A stretch of 64,000 bases of DNA from Chloroflexota bacterium. GTDB lineage: Bacteria > Chloroflexota > Anaerolineae > UBA2200. The notes under the pieces are model-generated. The model saw nothing but the letters and a program-made list of their open reading frames with translations, did not search any database and was not told the DNA's origin. Shown in pieces: positions 1 to 11,858 of this stretch. The stretch is from assembly GCA_014360905.1 (NCBI GenBank), contig JACIWW010000011.1, forward strand, positions 27,428 through 91,427, written 5' to 3'. The position numbers and the translations under genes are program-made. Every line of letters begins with the position of its first letter. Positions within the stretch are counted from its first letter, which is position 1.

Positions 1-1830
1 ATCTCCACGCCCCAATAATTTCTCCGCTCCGCCTGTATCCAGCACTACCCGCGAGTCTACTTGCGAGGTTACCGCGAAACTGATCCGTGCAGGGAAGTTT
101 GCTTTGATCAGCCCCGTCACGACATCAACAGAAGGGCGCTGTGTGGCAAGCACCAGGTGGATACCTGTTGCACGGGCCAATTGAGCAATGCGACAGATAT
201 AGCGTTCGACCTCATCTGGAGCTACCATCATCAAATCTGCTAGTTCATCAATGAGCACCACGATGTAAAACAAAGGTTCAGCGCCTTTCTCGGCTTGCAT
301 TTGGTTATAAACCTCGATGTTCCTCGCACCCACTTTAGAGAAAAGCCGATAGCGCCGATCCATCTCACCAGTTATCCACTTCAGCGTTGTGACCACGCGC
401 TCGATTTCGACCACCACCGGGAACAAGAGATGGGGGATGCCGTTGAAATTGGTCAATTCGACCATTTTAGGGTCCACCATTACTAGACGTAGGTCATCAG
501 GGGTATTGTGGAGCAATAGACAAGCGGTAATGGAATTAATGCAGACGGACTTGCCCGATCCAGTAGCGCCGGCAATGAGCAAGTGCGGCATTTGCGCCAA
601 GTCAGCCACGACGGGCTGTCCCGCCACATCTTGCCCCAGGGCAATGCGCAACTTGGAATGAACGCTGCGAAAGGCTTCGGAATCAATCACGCTGCGCAAG
701 CTAACCAGGGAAATGCTGGTGTTGGGCACTTCGATGCCGACCAGTGAACGCCCTGGCACAGGCGCTTCGATGCGAATAGGCGATGCCGCCAGGGCAAGCG
801 CTAGGTCGTTGGCCAGAGCGCTGATGCGATTAACCTTGACCTTGACTCGTTTTGTTTTCCCAGAGCGCTCTGGCCTTTCAATAAATCCCGGTTCAACGCC
901 AAATTGAGTGACGGTTGGGCCAGGGTTCACCTCGACCACTTTGGCTGGCACACCAAAGTTGGCCAATGTCTCTTCGATAATACGGGCTCTGGTGCGGATC
1001 TCTGCTTGGCTTAGCTCTTGTTCCGAGCTTTGCTCCAAAATCTCCTCCATAGGGGGAAGTCGCCATTCCTGCATTCCCCCCACGACACGAGGGAAGAGAT
1101 CACGATCAGTTGTAACTGGCCTAGTTACTGGAGCGATAGAGGGGCGTTTTTCTGCTATCTGAGTGGGTTCACTTATCTGTGGTGGTTGTATACGCAACAA
1201 TGCGGACAGGCGTTCCGGCAGGCCTTCCTTGGCTGTTGGGGCTGCTTTTTCCACTTTTGGTGCCCGAAAATAGCGATACCAGTCCACGAGTCTTTGCCAC
1301 ATAGCCAGCACATGCTGAGCCACATTGGCCATCGAGATGCTAAAAGCAGCAATCAGTCCAATGACAAGCATCGTTGCCAAAGCCAGTACGGCTCCCACGT
1401 AGCCCAAGCTGTTGATCAGCGCTTTGCTGATGGCCCAACCCACATATCCACCGCCTAGGCCGTTTTGGGCTGCAGCTTGCGGATCGCTAACCAAACAGTG
1501 TAACAAGCCTAGGCTACCCAAGAACAAGAGCGCGATCCCCAACACCGTTTCCAAGGGAACATCAATCTCGCGTCCAAAGCCAAACAAGAAAAGCCAAAAA
1601 CCTAGTGCTCCCAAGCCAAAGGGCAAAGCATACACTCCCCAACCGACAGCCTCGCGTAGAAGGCGAAGCCAGGTGCTGGTAAGCGTGCCACGGCTGATAG
1701 AGAACAAGCTGAGCAAGGTAACCAGCGCTAGGCCCAACAACAATATGCCACCTATTTCAAGCCAAATGTCCAGAGGGATTAGCCCTGGTTTCTTTTGTCT
1801 TTTCTTCGGCTGTTTGCCCCGATTAGCCAT
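1..1830 (-). CDS. ftsK: DNA translocase FtsK/SpoIIIE (C-terminus cut by window edge)
   Basis: Absent from the ORF track because it runs off the window. My minus-strand translation from ATG 1830-1828 gives MANRGKQPKKRQKK, then several hydrophobic helices, then MPHLLIAGATGSGKS (Walker A), FYIVVLIDELADLMM (Walker B) and HLVLATQRPSVDV. The start lies 3 nt after the rnj stop. Confidence 0.9.
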   Translation of the reverse strand, partial: MANRGKQPKKRQKKPGLIPLDIWLEIGGILLLGLALVTLLSLFSISRGTLTSTWLRLLREAVGWGVYALPFGLGALGFWLFLFGFGREIDVPLETVLGIALLFLGSLGLLHCLVSDPQAAAQNGLGGGYVGWAISKALINSLGYVGAVLALATMLVIGLIAAFSISMANVAQHVLAMWQRLVDWYRYFRAPKVEKAAPTAKEGLPERLSALLRIQPPQISEPTQIAEKRPSIAPVTRPVTTDRDLFPRVVGGMQEWRLPPMEEILEQSSEQELSQAEIRTRARIIEETLANFGVPAKVVEVNPGPTVTQFGVEPGFIERPERSGKTKRVKVKVNRISALANDLALALAASPIRIEAPVPGRSLVGIEVPNTSISLVSLRSVIDSEAFRSVHSKLRIALGQDVAGQPVVADLAQMPHLLIAGATGSGKSVCINSITACLLLHNTPDDLRLVMVDPKMVELTNFNGIPHLLFPVVVEIERVVTTLKWITGEMDRRYRLFSKVGARNIEVYNQMQAEKGAEPLFYIVVLIDELADLMMVAPDEVERYICRIAQLARATGIHLVLATQRPSVDVVTGLIKANFPARISFAVTSQVDSRVVLDTGGAEKLLGRGD

Positions 1831-1833
1831 TGT

Positions 1834-3477
1834 TCACACTTCCATCACAACCGGCAGGATCAAGGGTCGTCTCCGCGTTTCATTGTAGATAAAGCGGGTT
1901 AAAGCATCCTTGATACGGTTGCCTAGCAAAACGTGGTTGCCCCCTTCTTTTGCCGCTTTGAGCACTTCGGCACGAACCCGTTCGAACAGTTCTTCCGATT
2001 CGCGCACATAGACGAATCCTCTAGAGGTAATCTCTGGCCCTGACAATATCCGTCCAGTACCCTTTTCCACAACAAGTGTGACGACAAGGAATCCATTGCG
2101 CGATAAGAGGCGACGATCTTCCAGCACTACTTCCGTGATGTCACCCACGCCCAGGCCATCCACGAGGACATACTCATCTGACACTGTGCCTACGACCTGG
2201 GCTGAATCCTGATTCAGCTCCAGCATTTGCCCACTTTCCAGCACGAAGATGTTTTGCCGCGGGATACCCACTTCCTCAGCTAGTCGAGCATGCAGTACCA
2301 GGTGCCTATACTCGCCATGAATGGGCACGAAGAACTTGGGCCGCGTCATGTTCAGCATGAGTTTCAATTCTTCCTGACTCGCATGTCCCGAAACGTGTAC
2401 GTCGAGCAATTCATCGTAAAAGACCTCTGCACCCAGCCGGAAGAGATTGTTGATCGTTCGGTTGACTAGCTCTTCATTGCCTGGAATAGGCGTGGCGGAT
2501 ACGATTACCGTATCTCCAGGCAGCAGACTCACGGGAGCATACTCATTACGCGCCATGCGTACTAGCGCAGAAGTGGGTTCCCCTTGGCTACCGGTACAGA
2601 CAATGGCTACTCGCTTCTGCGGCAGATTCTGGATTTCATCTATGCTTAACAAGAGCCCATCAGGCACTTGAAGGTAACCCAAATCCATAGCCATACGCAC
2701 GTTGTTGCTCATGCTCCGTCCCGCCACTGCTACATAGCGGCCATATTGCTGTGCCGTGGAGACCACCTGCTGAATACGCGAGATGTTCGAAGCGAAAGTA
2801 GCGACGATTACCCTACCCCGGGCCCGCGAGAAGACACTTTCAAAAATGCGCGCAATCGTTGTCTCTGAAGGTGTATAGCCAGGCGTCTCTGCATTTGTGC
2901 TATCCGAGAGAAGAAGCAAAACGCCTCTTTTCCCCAACTCAGCCAGTTTGGCGAAATCGGTGGGTTGGCCATCTACTGGGCTATGGTCAAATTTAAAATC
3001 GCCGCTGTGCATGAGCAGGCCAACCTCTGTCTGGATTGCCAGGCCAACACCGTCCGGGATGCTGTGACTAACATGGAAGAATTCAATGCAAAATGGCCCC
3101 AGCGTGAGCACATCTCCGGGGCGGATGGTATACCGCTCTACATCGTTCACCCGGCTCTCGCGAAGCTTGACCTCGATCAACCCCTGTGTCAAACGCGTGG
3201 CATATACCGGCACCTTGATCTGCGCAAGGAGGTAGGGTAGAGCTCCTATGTGGTCTTCATGACCATGCGTAACGATAACCGCCAGTACTTTATCCTTGCG
3301 TTCCAGAACGTAACTCATATCGGGAATGACAATGTCAACGCCCAACATCTCGTTCTCCGGAAACATCAACCCGGCATCAATCACCAATATGTGGTCATCA
3401 TATTCAAGGACCAGCATGTTTTTGCCAATTTGGCCCAGACCACCTAATGGAATCACCTTGAGTTTCTTTTTAGCCAA
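1834..3477 (-). CDS. rnj: Ribonuclease J (metallo-beta-lactamase / beta-CASP)
   Basis: 547-aa ORF. N-terminus is MAKKKLKVIPLGGLGQIGKNM and the zinc motif is THGHEDHIGALPY. Length and layout are typical of RNase J. Confidence 0.9.
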   Translation of the reverse strand: MAKKKLKVIPLGGLGQIGKNMLVLEYDDHILVIDAGLMFPENEMLGVDIVIPDMSYVLERKDKVLAVIVTHGHEDHIGALPYLLAQIKVPVYATRLTQGLIEVKLRESRVNDVERYTIRPGDVLTLGPFCIEFFHVSHSIPDGVGLAIQTEVGLLMHSGDFKFDHSPVDGQPTDFAKLAELGKRGVLLLLSDSTNAETPGYTPSETTIARIFESVFSRARGRVIVATFASNISRIQQVVSTAQQYGRYVAVAGRSMSNNVRMAMDLGYLQVPDGLLLSIDEIQNLPQKRVAIVCTGSQGEPTSALVRMARNEYAPVSLLPGDTVIVSATPIPGNEELVNRTINNLFRLGAEVFYDELLDVHVSGHASQEELKLMLNMTRPKFFVPIHGEYRHLVLHARLAEEVGIPRQNIFVLESGQMLELNQDSAQVVGTVSDEYVLVDGLGVGDITEVVLEDRRLLSRNGFLVVTLVVEKGTGRILSGPEITSRGFVYVRESEELFERVRAEVLKAAKEGGNHVLLGNRIKDALTRFIYNETRRRPLILPVVMEV

Positions 3478-3503
3478 TCTTTCCCTCCACGCGCAATCAA
3501 GGG

Positions 3504-4157
3504 TTAGAATAAACTCAATTGTTCTGCTTGTTGGACTGCTGGTGCTTCCGTAACCTCGTCCTTTTGAGCAAGAATCTCAGGGATTTTGCGCATGTCTTGC
3601 TCGATATCGGCACGATATTTCGGCTGATGCAGTGCCGCGGCAGGATGAAAAAGTGGCAATACGATTACGTCGCCCACCTTGACAGGCACACCATGAACTT
3701 TGGAAATGCTTGCCTTGGGCAAGAATCTGGCCAGGGAATAACGCCCTAGCGTAACGATCAAGCGCGGCCTAACCAATTCGATCTGGCGGTCCAGATATGG
3801 TCGGCAGGCTTCGATTTCACTAGGTAGTGGATCGCGGTTGTTTGGAGGACGGCACTTCACTACATTGCAGATATACACGTCGGTGCGCCGCATATTGATG
3901 GAGGCCAATAGCTCCTCCAGGAACTTGCCCGCGGCACCGACAAATGGGCGTCCTAAGCGGTTTTCGTGATAGCCCGGCGCTTCACCAATGAACATCACGT
4001 CAGCGTGTTCTGGACCTTCACCTGGCACAGTATTCATGCGCCCCCGCGCCAGAGCACACTTTTGACAGGCTGCGATTTCCACATACAAATCCGTGAGCTG
4101 TGACAAGATTTCCTCCTCGATCACAAGACTATTATCAGAATAGGTCACATTAAACAT
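3504..4157 (-). CDS. Uracil-DNA glycosylase, family 4 (Fe-S type)
   Basis: 217 aa with CQKCALARGR, GEGPEHADVMFIGEAPG and VVKCRPPNNR motifs and the HPAA motif near the C-terminus. Confidence 0.85.
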   Translation of the reverse strand: MFNVTYSDNSLVIEEEILSQLTDLYVEIAACQKCALARGRMNTVPGEGPEHADVMFIGEAPGYHENRLGRPFVGAAGKFLEELLASINMRRTDVYICNVVKCRPPNNRDPLPSEIEACRPYLDRQIELVRPRLIVTLGRYSLARFLPKASISKVHGVPVKVGDVIVLPLFHPAAALHQPKYRADIEQDMRKIPEILAQKDEVTEAPAVQQAEQLSLF

Positions 4158-4217
4158 TTTACTCGAAATGCCCTATTTTGTCCATTAGTCCTTGTGCCTA
4201 AGAATAAACGTCTCATG

Positions 4218-4246
4218 TTGTCTCTGCCTTGTATCCATGTTATAAT
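4218..4246 (+). promoter_or_regulatory. Sigma-70-like promoter candidate (TTGTCT-N17-TATAAT)
   Basis: Hexamers at 4218-4223 and 4241-4246 with a 17-nt spacer, about 37 nt upstream of the 4283 start. Confidence 0.35.
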
Positions 4247-4282
4247 CAACATGCAAAAACCAGGCGGAGAAAGGAGTAGAAA

Positions 4283-5962
4283 ATGACCAACAAGCTGCGG
4301 AGCTTTGTGGTTTTGCTAGTAACTGTCTGTCTGGTCTTTCTGTTTAGCCATTCGGGCAGAGCCCAACAAGTAAAAACACTGTCTGCGCTCATCCTCAACG
4401 GCGACTTTGAGGGTGACTTTTATCCCTACGGAGCCGGGTACGTTGCGCAATATTGGATCCCCTATGATCTGAGTCCAGGTTCTCCCCCTCAATATCTCCG
4501 CTCGACGCTGCACAAATACGAAGGCCAGGCCAGCCAAATGATCTGGGCGGACAGTGTGCCATGGTATGCGGGGATCATGCAAACCACCCTGTTGACTTCG
4601 GCGCAAAGCACAGTGAGCATACAAGCGGGCAAACGCTACACTGTACGCGTCTGGGTGTATAGTATCTACGGGGGAGCAACCAGCCCAGTGCAACATGGCA
4701 AGCTGAACAAACGCGTTGGTGTTCATCCCGCAGGGGGAGTGAACCCCAAGTCCTCAGATATCGTCTGGACACCTTGGCATGGCCAGGATAAAACCTGGGT
4801 TCAGATCAACGCCTCAGTAGAAGCCAAAAGCAACCGTCTCACTATCTTTATCGAGGCAAACGATCCAGTATCAGGCGGGCAGGACCAATTCTACGTAGAC
4901 AATGTTCTGATTGAAGAGGAAGGAGCTCCGCCTCCAACATCTACCCCCACTTGGACACCTCTCCCAACTGCCACGCCTACTCCCACTGCCACTCCAGCTA
5001 TCGCCGTCCAGCGCACAATCCCCGTGGGCCGTCAGCCGCAAGGAATTGCTGTCCACCCCAACACGAACCGCTTCTTTGTAGCCAATAGCGGTGAGAACTC
5101 GGTATCCAGCCTGGAAGGGTTCCTCGACTGGCGACATACCCGGTTCAGCAGTGGTGGGGGAAACCCAGGCAACATAGCTGTAGACCCTGAGCAATGCCGT
5201 ATGTACGTCGCCAATGCTGCGACAAACAGCATAGCAGTCTTCAATATTTGTACGAATCAGCAAGTTGGTTCGATACCTCTGGGTACCGGGCAGTCACCTA
5301 GTGGCATTGCTGTGTTGACTACAACCAATACCATCTATGTGGCGAATACAGCGGCAAACTCTGTGATGCTCATTGATGGAAACACCCTTACGGTGAGCAA
5401 AACGATTGCTGTCGGTCTATTGCCTGGGCAGATAGCGACCAACCCTTCTACCAACAAGGTTTACGTAACCAATCGAGGTTATCCACCCAGTGATGTTGGC
5501 GGGGTCACTGTCATTAATGCTAACACACAAAGCATCTATAAAACCATCGCCTTTAATGAAGCTCCGGAGCCTTATGGAGTGGCGGTCAATCCCATCACTA
5601 ACCGCATTTATGTGGCCTCGGCCAGTGGCATGCTGGTGATTATAAATGGCGCCACCGATGAAATACTGTATGTCGTGCCCTCGCCGGGGCACAGCGGTTT
5701 GGATGTTGTTGCGGTCAATCCCGCCAGCAATAATGTGTTTGCTACCAGCAGCACAGGCAGTATGGTGTTCGTATATGATGCAGATATGGACCAATGGATA
5801 TATACACTGCCTATTGGCAGTGGGCGATACCGCGGTATCGCCGTGAATCCGTTAACTTATCACGTCCTGGTCTCTAACACTGGTGAAGATACGGTCAGCG
5901 TTCTACGCGACCATGGTTTTTATCAGCCGTACAAACTCCAACTCCCCATCATCGTGAAATGA
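4283..5962 (+). CDS. Secreted protein: CBM-like jelly-roll + PT-rich linker + YVTN-type beta-propeller repeats
   Basis: Signal peptide MTNKLRSFVVLLVTVCLVFLFSHSGRAQQ. N-terminal LNGDFEG...QFYVDNVLIEEE region resembles a carbohydrate-binding module. Linker is PPPTSTPTWTPLPTATPTPTATP. It is followed by repeated NxIYVAN..xNSVSVI-type units (YVTN/NHL-like). Confidence 0.7.
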   Translation: MTNKLRSFVVLLVTVCLVFLFSHSGRAQQVKTLSALILNGDFEGDFYPYGAGYVAQYWIPYDLSPGSPPQYLRSTLHKYEGQASQMIWADSVPWYAGIMQTTLLTSAQSTVSIQAGKRYTVRVWVYSIYGGATSPVQHGKLNKRVGVHPAGGVNPKSSDIVWTPWHGQDKTWVQINASVEAKSNRLTIFIEANDPVSGGQDQFYVDNVLIEEEGAPPPTSTPTWTPLPTATPTPTATPAIAVQRTIPVGRQPQGIAVHPNTNRFFVANSGENSVSSLEGFLDWRHTRFSSGGGNPGNIAVDPEQCRMYVANAATNSIAVFNICTNQQVGSIPLGTGQSPSGIAVLTTTNTIYVANTAANSVMLIDGNTLTVSKTIAVGLLPGQIATNPSTNKVYVTNRGYPPSDVGGVTVINANTQSIYKTIAFNEAPEPYGVAVNPITNRIYVASASGMLVIINGATDEILYVVPSPGHSGLDVVAVNPASNNVFATSSTGSMVFVYDADMDQWIYTLPIGSGRYRGIAVNPLTYHVLVSNTGEDTVSVLRDHGFYQPYKLQLPIIVK

Positions 5963-5993
5963 GCCCGCTGTTGCTCTGGGTTCATTAATGTAA

Positions 5994-8048
<2,055 letters not shown>

Positions 8049-8086
8049 CCGGGTTGGGGAACACAATCGGCTGTGGATAGATTACC

Positions 8087-9034
8087 ATGACCTCTTCCCT
8101 TTCCCTGGACGTGGTTGGCCTGGGCTATTGTGCCTGGGATTATCTAGGCATTATTGACCACATTCCCGAATTTGACTCCCCCACCGCAAATCTGGAGGAT
8201 TTCGCTACCTCGGGCGGTGGCCCTGTGGCTACAGCGCTGGTGACTCTCGCCAGGCTGGGAGTCCGAACTGGCTTTATTGGTGTCATCGGGGATGATGAGC
8301 CGGGTCTGCGCTGCAAACAAGCCTTTGAACAAGAAGGAGTGGATATCCAGCGCCTGCGGGTCCAGGTAGGCGCGCGCACTCCCATCTGCATGATCCTCGT
8401 ACAATCTGGCAGCGGACGGCGCGTTATCCTGTGCTATCGAGGCACGTGCCCGCAAGTGGAACTGCAGCCAGAAGATTGCTCGTACATCACTACTGCGCGG
8501 TTCTTGCACCTGGATGGGCACCATATGAGCGCTGCTATCTTAGCCGCAAGAGCCATGCACGAGGCTGGCGGCACGGTCGTGCTCGATGCCAACAGGCCTC
8601 GCCCCCACCTGGATGAACTCTTGCCCTGGGTGGACATATTGATCACCAACGCCTACTTCCCCACAGCATACATTGGTCAGCAGGACCTAGACCATGCTGC
8701 TCAATTTTTGCTTCAGACGGGTGCACGGCTCGTAGTAACCACTTTGGGAGAAAAAGGATGTAAGTGCTTTACAGCCGAAGGACAGTGTCACATACCCGGC
8801 TTCTCAGTGCCTATCGTAGACACCACCGGAGCTGGCGATGCTTTCCATGGTGCTTTCATCTATGGATTGCTGCAGAATTGGCCCTTGGAGCAAACAGCCC
8901 GTTTTGCCAACGCGGTAGCAGCCCTTAACTGCACAGCCCTGGGCGGCCGAGCAGCATTGCCCCGATTAGAGCAGGTCGTCGCTTTTCTGCAGAGTGCTGG
9001 TAGGTGGAATGGAATAACAACTTGCCAACCTTGA
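8087..9034 (+). CDS. PfkB-family carbohydrate kinase
   Basis: 315 aa with the GGGPVATAL N-terminal motif and the DTTGAGDAFHGAF signature. Substrate is not assignable. Confidence 0.8.
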   Translation: MTSSLSLDVVGLGYCAWDYLGIIDHIPEFDSPTANLEDFATSGGGPVATALVTLARLGVRTGFIGVIGDDEPGLRCKQAFEQEGVDIQRLRVQVGARTPICMILVQSGSGRRVILCYRGTCPQVELQPEDCSYITTARFLHLDGHHMSAAILAARAMHEAGGTVVLDANRPRPHLDELLPWVDILITNAYFPTAYIGQQDLDHAAQFLLQTGARLVVTTLGEKGCKCFTAEGQCHIPGFSVPIVDTTGAGDAFHGAFIYGLLQNWPLEQTARFANAVAALNCTALGGRAALPRLEQVVAFLQSAGRWNGITTCQP

Positions 9035-9070
9035 TGAGTTGCGGCAAGCCAATCCTGCGTCAATGGAATT

Positions 9071-10615
9071 TCACTGCTCATATCGCGGGAAAAGCACCTC
9101 TCCAGGCGAGAGCAAGGTGCCTGCTGGATACGTTCCTACTGCAGTAAGAGCCTGCCAGCCCGCACTAGGATCAAATTCCAATCCCAGTTGCCTCAGCAGT
9201 TCCTTTGCTTTGCGTGGCATTACTGGTTCTACAATGTACCCTAAGAGACGTAGCACATCTACCAGATTGTACAACACAGTGGCCAGTCGCTCTTCTGCTT
9301 GTGCCGAGCCCGTTTTTCGTTCCTTGGCTAGTTCCCAGGGTGCCGTTTCCTGCACATAGCGGTTGGCTGCCTCCACCACCTTCCACGTGAGGATCAAGAC
9401 CTCCTGCAGCGCAACTCGGCGTACTGCATCGGCAACTTGTTCTCCCAAGCACGCAGCCAAATCCAGCAAGTTCTGGTCCACCGGCTCGAGCTTTCCTTTA
9501 GGCTCTGGTACGATGCCATCAAAGTAACGCACGACCATCTGCACCGTACGATTCAGCAGGTTGCCAAAATCATTGGCCAAATCAGCGTTGTAGCGGCGGA
9601 TGAAAGCGGCATCGGTATAATCCCAATCCGCACCGAAAGCCCCCTCGCGCAAGAAGAAATAACGCACGGCATCTGCACCAAATCTCTGTACCAAATCAAA
9701 GGGATCAATGATGTTGCCAGTGGTCTTGCTCAGTTTTTGGCCATCCTTGGTCAGCCAGCCATGCGCAAACACTAAGCGTGGTACCGGTAATCCAACGGCC
9801 ATGAGCATTGCCGGCCAATACAAACAATGGAAACGGATGATCTCCTTGGCCATCAACTGTACATCAGCCGGCCAGTACCGTTGGAATGTTTCTGGATCGT
9901 CACCGTAACCGATGGCGGTAATGTAATTGAGCAGTGCATCCACCCATACGTACAGAACCTGCTGGGGGTCGTCTGGCAGGGGCACGCCCCAACGCACACG
10001 CTCGCGGGAGATGCTGAAATCTTGCAACCCTTGGCGCAAAACCCCCAGCAGTTCATTGCGCCTCGTTTCCGGTTGCACGAAATCTGTTTCGGCTATCAAA
10101 TGATACAGCTTGTCCTGATAGCGAGACAGGGCAAAGAAATAGTTCTCCTCCTCGGTCCACTCGCAGGGACGTTGATGCACACTACATAGGTTCCCTGGCA
10201 AAAGTTCATCAGGCTGGTAGAATGCTTCACAACGTGGGCAGTACCAGCCGGCATAGCGTCCTCGGTATACATCGCCGGAAGCCAGAAGGGCACGGGCAAA
10301 TTTTTGCACGGCGGTGATATGCCGTGCATCTGTGGTGCGTATGAAATAGTCATTGGAGATGTCCAACATGCGCCACAGTTCTTTGAATTGGGCCACAATT
10401 CTATCGCAATACTCTTGCGGGGAAAGACCCCGCTCCCCAGCAATGCGCTCGATATTTTGTCCATGTTCATCCGTGCCTGTCAAGAAGAAGACATCATCCC
10501 CCATCAAGCGATGATAGCGTGCCAGCACATCGGCGGCTATGGTCGTGTAGGCATGCCCTATGTGGGGCACGTCATTCACATAGTAAATTGGCGTCGTAAC
10601 GTAGAATTTGCCCAT
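9071..10615 (-). CDS. metG: Methionyl-tRNA synthetase (short form, no C-terminal tRNA-binding domain)
   Basis: KFYVTTPIYYVNDVPHIGHAYTT (HIGH), FLTGTDEHGQNI, and KLSKTTGN (KMSKS equivalent). Confidence 0.95.
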   Translation of the reverse strand: MGKFYVTTPIYYVNDVPHIGHAYTTIAADVLARYHRLMGDDVFFLTGTDEHGQNIERIAGERGLSPQEYCDRIVAQFKELWRMLDISNDYFIRTTDARHITAVQKFARALLASGDVYRGRYAGWYCPRCEAFYQPDELLPGNLCSVHQRPCEWTEEENYFFALSRYQDKLYHLIAETDFVQPETRRNELLGVLRQGLQDFSISRERVRWGVPLPDDPQQVLYVWVDALLNYITAIGYGDDPETFQRYWPADVQLMAKEIIRFHCLYWPAMLMAVGLPVPRLVFAHGWLTKDGQKLSKTTGNIIDPFDLVQRFGADAVRYFFLREGAFGADWDYTDAAFIRRYNADLANDFGNLLNRTVQMVVRYFDGIVPEPKGKLEPVDQNLLDLAACLGEQVADAVRRVALQEVLILTWKVVEAANRYVQETAPWELAKERKTGSAQAEERLATVLYNLVDVLRLLGYIVEPVMPRKAKELLRQLGLEFDPSAGWQALTAVGTYPAGTLLSPGEVLFPRYEQ

Positions 10616-10636
10616 TTGGGTCCTCCTTCTTAAACG

Positions 10637-10925
10637 AAAGACCCTCGTCCGTCAGGGACGAGGGTTTGCTCTCGTGGTACCACCCTAATTCGCTGCTGAT
10701 TCACATCAGCAGCCTTAGTCAGTGCCATACGTGGCACTGTGCCCAATTAACGGGGGCAAAGCGGCTCAGCTTACTAGGTCAGGTTCTGCGCTTGGCACAG
10801 GGCAAACGCAATACCTCTGTTCAGCTTGCAGCTCCAAGGCCATTTTCTACGGCTTATCTGCACTGCTTCTCAACTTCTGCGCAGCTCTCTGTAGCATCAA
10901 AAAACCGTATACTCGTCCTCTTCAC
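10637..10925 (-). promoter_or_regulatory. T-box leader (tRNA-sensing riboswitch), AUG specifier, controlling metG
   Basis: Read on the minus strand. Stem I base is AGCGGUGAAGAGGACGAGUAUACGG ... CCGUAGAAAAUGGCCUUGGAGC, with AUG (plus 10831-10833) in the 3' specifier-loop position followed by a purine. A 9-bp stem III is GCUGCUGAU/AUCAGCAGC. The T-box motif is AAUUAGGGUGGUACCACGAG (plus 10671-10690). The terminator is ACCCUCGUCC-loop-GGACGAGGGU (10641-10665), followed by CUUUCGUUU, the RBS and the ATG. Confidence 0.85.
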
Positions 10926-11062
10926 CGCTTTTGCATGTCCTATGTAATTGGTTCAAGGCGTGCGCAAAACCACACGCAATGCATACAGTGACTGGGTATT
11001 ATTCTAACTACTTCGTTAGTTTTGTCCAAAACAAAATCCGCTGCGCAGATTTGCGGTTACAT

Positions 11063-11605
11063 CTACTCAGCCGGTATTTCCAGCCACTTGTTCTTGACCA
11101 TGAAATCGGTGAGGAAGGGAATCTTGAAGTACAATCCCTTGTATGCCTGGTAGGCATAGTAGAAGGCAGGTACGACAGGGACAAAGAACAGCACCCACAG
11201 TATGCAACCGAGGCATCCGGCACTGACAACCGTCAGTATTGTGAAAACGATCGCTGCCAAGATCTCGTAAACAACCGCCGCTGCAAGAAAGCCCAACGAT
11301 TGGATAGCGTGGAATTTCTGAAACGGGCGTTTCTTGCTTTCCTCTGCCAGCAGCATCACAGCCGGCACAATGATGGGCACGATGACCTGGGTGGCATAGG
11401 CTAAAGCAGCCATCAAGCGATCGTTGTCCGTCACGTCCTTTGCTGGCCAGGTTGTAGCAGGCTGTATTGGAACTTCCGGCGGCTGCATACCCTCTACAGC
11501 GGGCCCTTGCTCCACTTCCATCTCGGGTTCTGGCACAGTCTCTGCAGAAAACATCTCTTCTGGCGGCTTCCCCTCAGCCTCTTCCGGGATCATTTCCTCA
11601 CTCAT
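11063..11605 (-). CDS. Small membrane protein, DUF4870-like, with acidic Pro/Glu-rich N-terminus
   Basis: The core DRLMAALAYATQVIVPIIVPAVMLLAEESKKRPFQKFHAIQSLGF resembles the DUF4870 pattern, and there are 3-4 hydrophobic helices. ATG at 11605 lies 7 nt after GGGAGG; the ORF extends to 11635. Confidence 0.55.
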   Translation of the reverse strand: MSEEMIPEEAEGKPPEEMFSAETVPEPEMEVEQGPAVEGMQPPEVPIQPATTWPAKDVTDNDRLMAALAYATQVIVPIIVPAVMLLAEESKKRPFQKFHAIQSLGFLAAAVVYEILAAIVFTILTVVSAGCLGCILWVLFFVPVVPAFYYAYQAYKGLYFKIPFLTDFMVKNKWLEIPAE

Positions 11606-11709
11606 TTTATTGCCTCCCTCATTTGTAATACACACCAGCAGGGTTTAGTCTCGTACTTGATTGCAGCCTCCACCTAGCGACTCCGCCTGCCGTAGAAATT
11701 TGACATCTC

Positions 11710-11738
11710 ATTATCCCTCAACATCTCATCTGAGGCAA
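11710..11738 (-). promoter_or_regulatory. Promoter candidate (TTGCCT-N17-GATAAT on minus strand)
   Basis: Hexamers at 11738-11733 and 11715-11710, about 100 nt upstream of the 11605 start. Confidence 0.3.
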
Positions 11739-11858
11739 ATCAGGTGTATATCCTGTGACAACTTCTTGCCCTGCTACCGATAAGTCCTGGTGCAGAGCTG
11801 GGCACAGACAGCGTTGGCGGTTCAGGGCCTCATGCTCTGACGCGAGTGCAAACGATCG

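Noticed and set aside
1018-1888. Plus-strand ORFs of 146 and 158 aa at the left end
   Set aside because: They are antisense to the ftsK coding sequence that I translated on the minus strand (Walker A/B motifs, TM helices). Their composition is low-complexity and Ser/Pro/Arg-rich.
4925-5000. Apparent DNA repeat in the PT-linker coding region
   Set aside because: The repetition is codon-level and imperfect (ACN/CCN runs) and encodes a Pro/Thr linker. It is not a tandem DNA repeat or a CRISPR-like array.
10666-10991. Two plus-strand ORFs (93 and 89 aa) between metG and the DUF4870-like gene
   Set aside because: The region is explained by the minus-strand T-box leader: specifier, T-box core and terminator.
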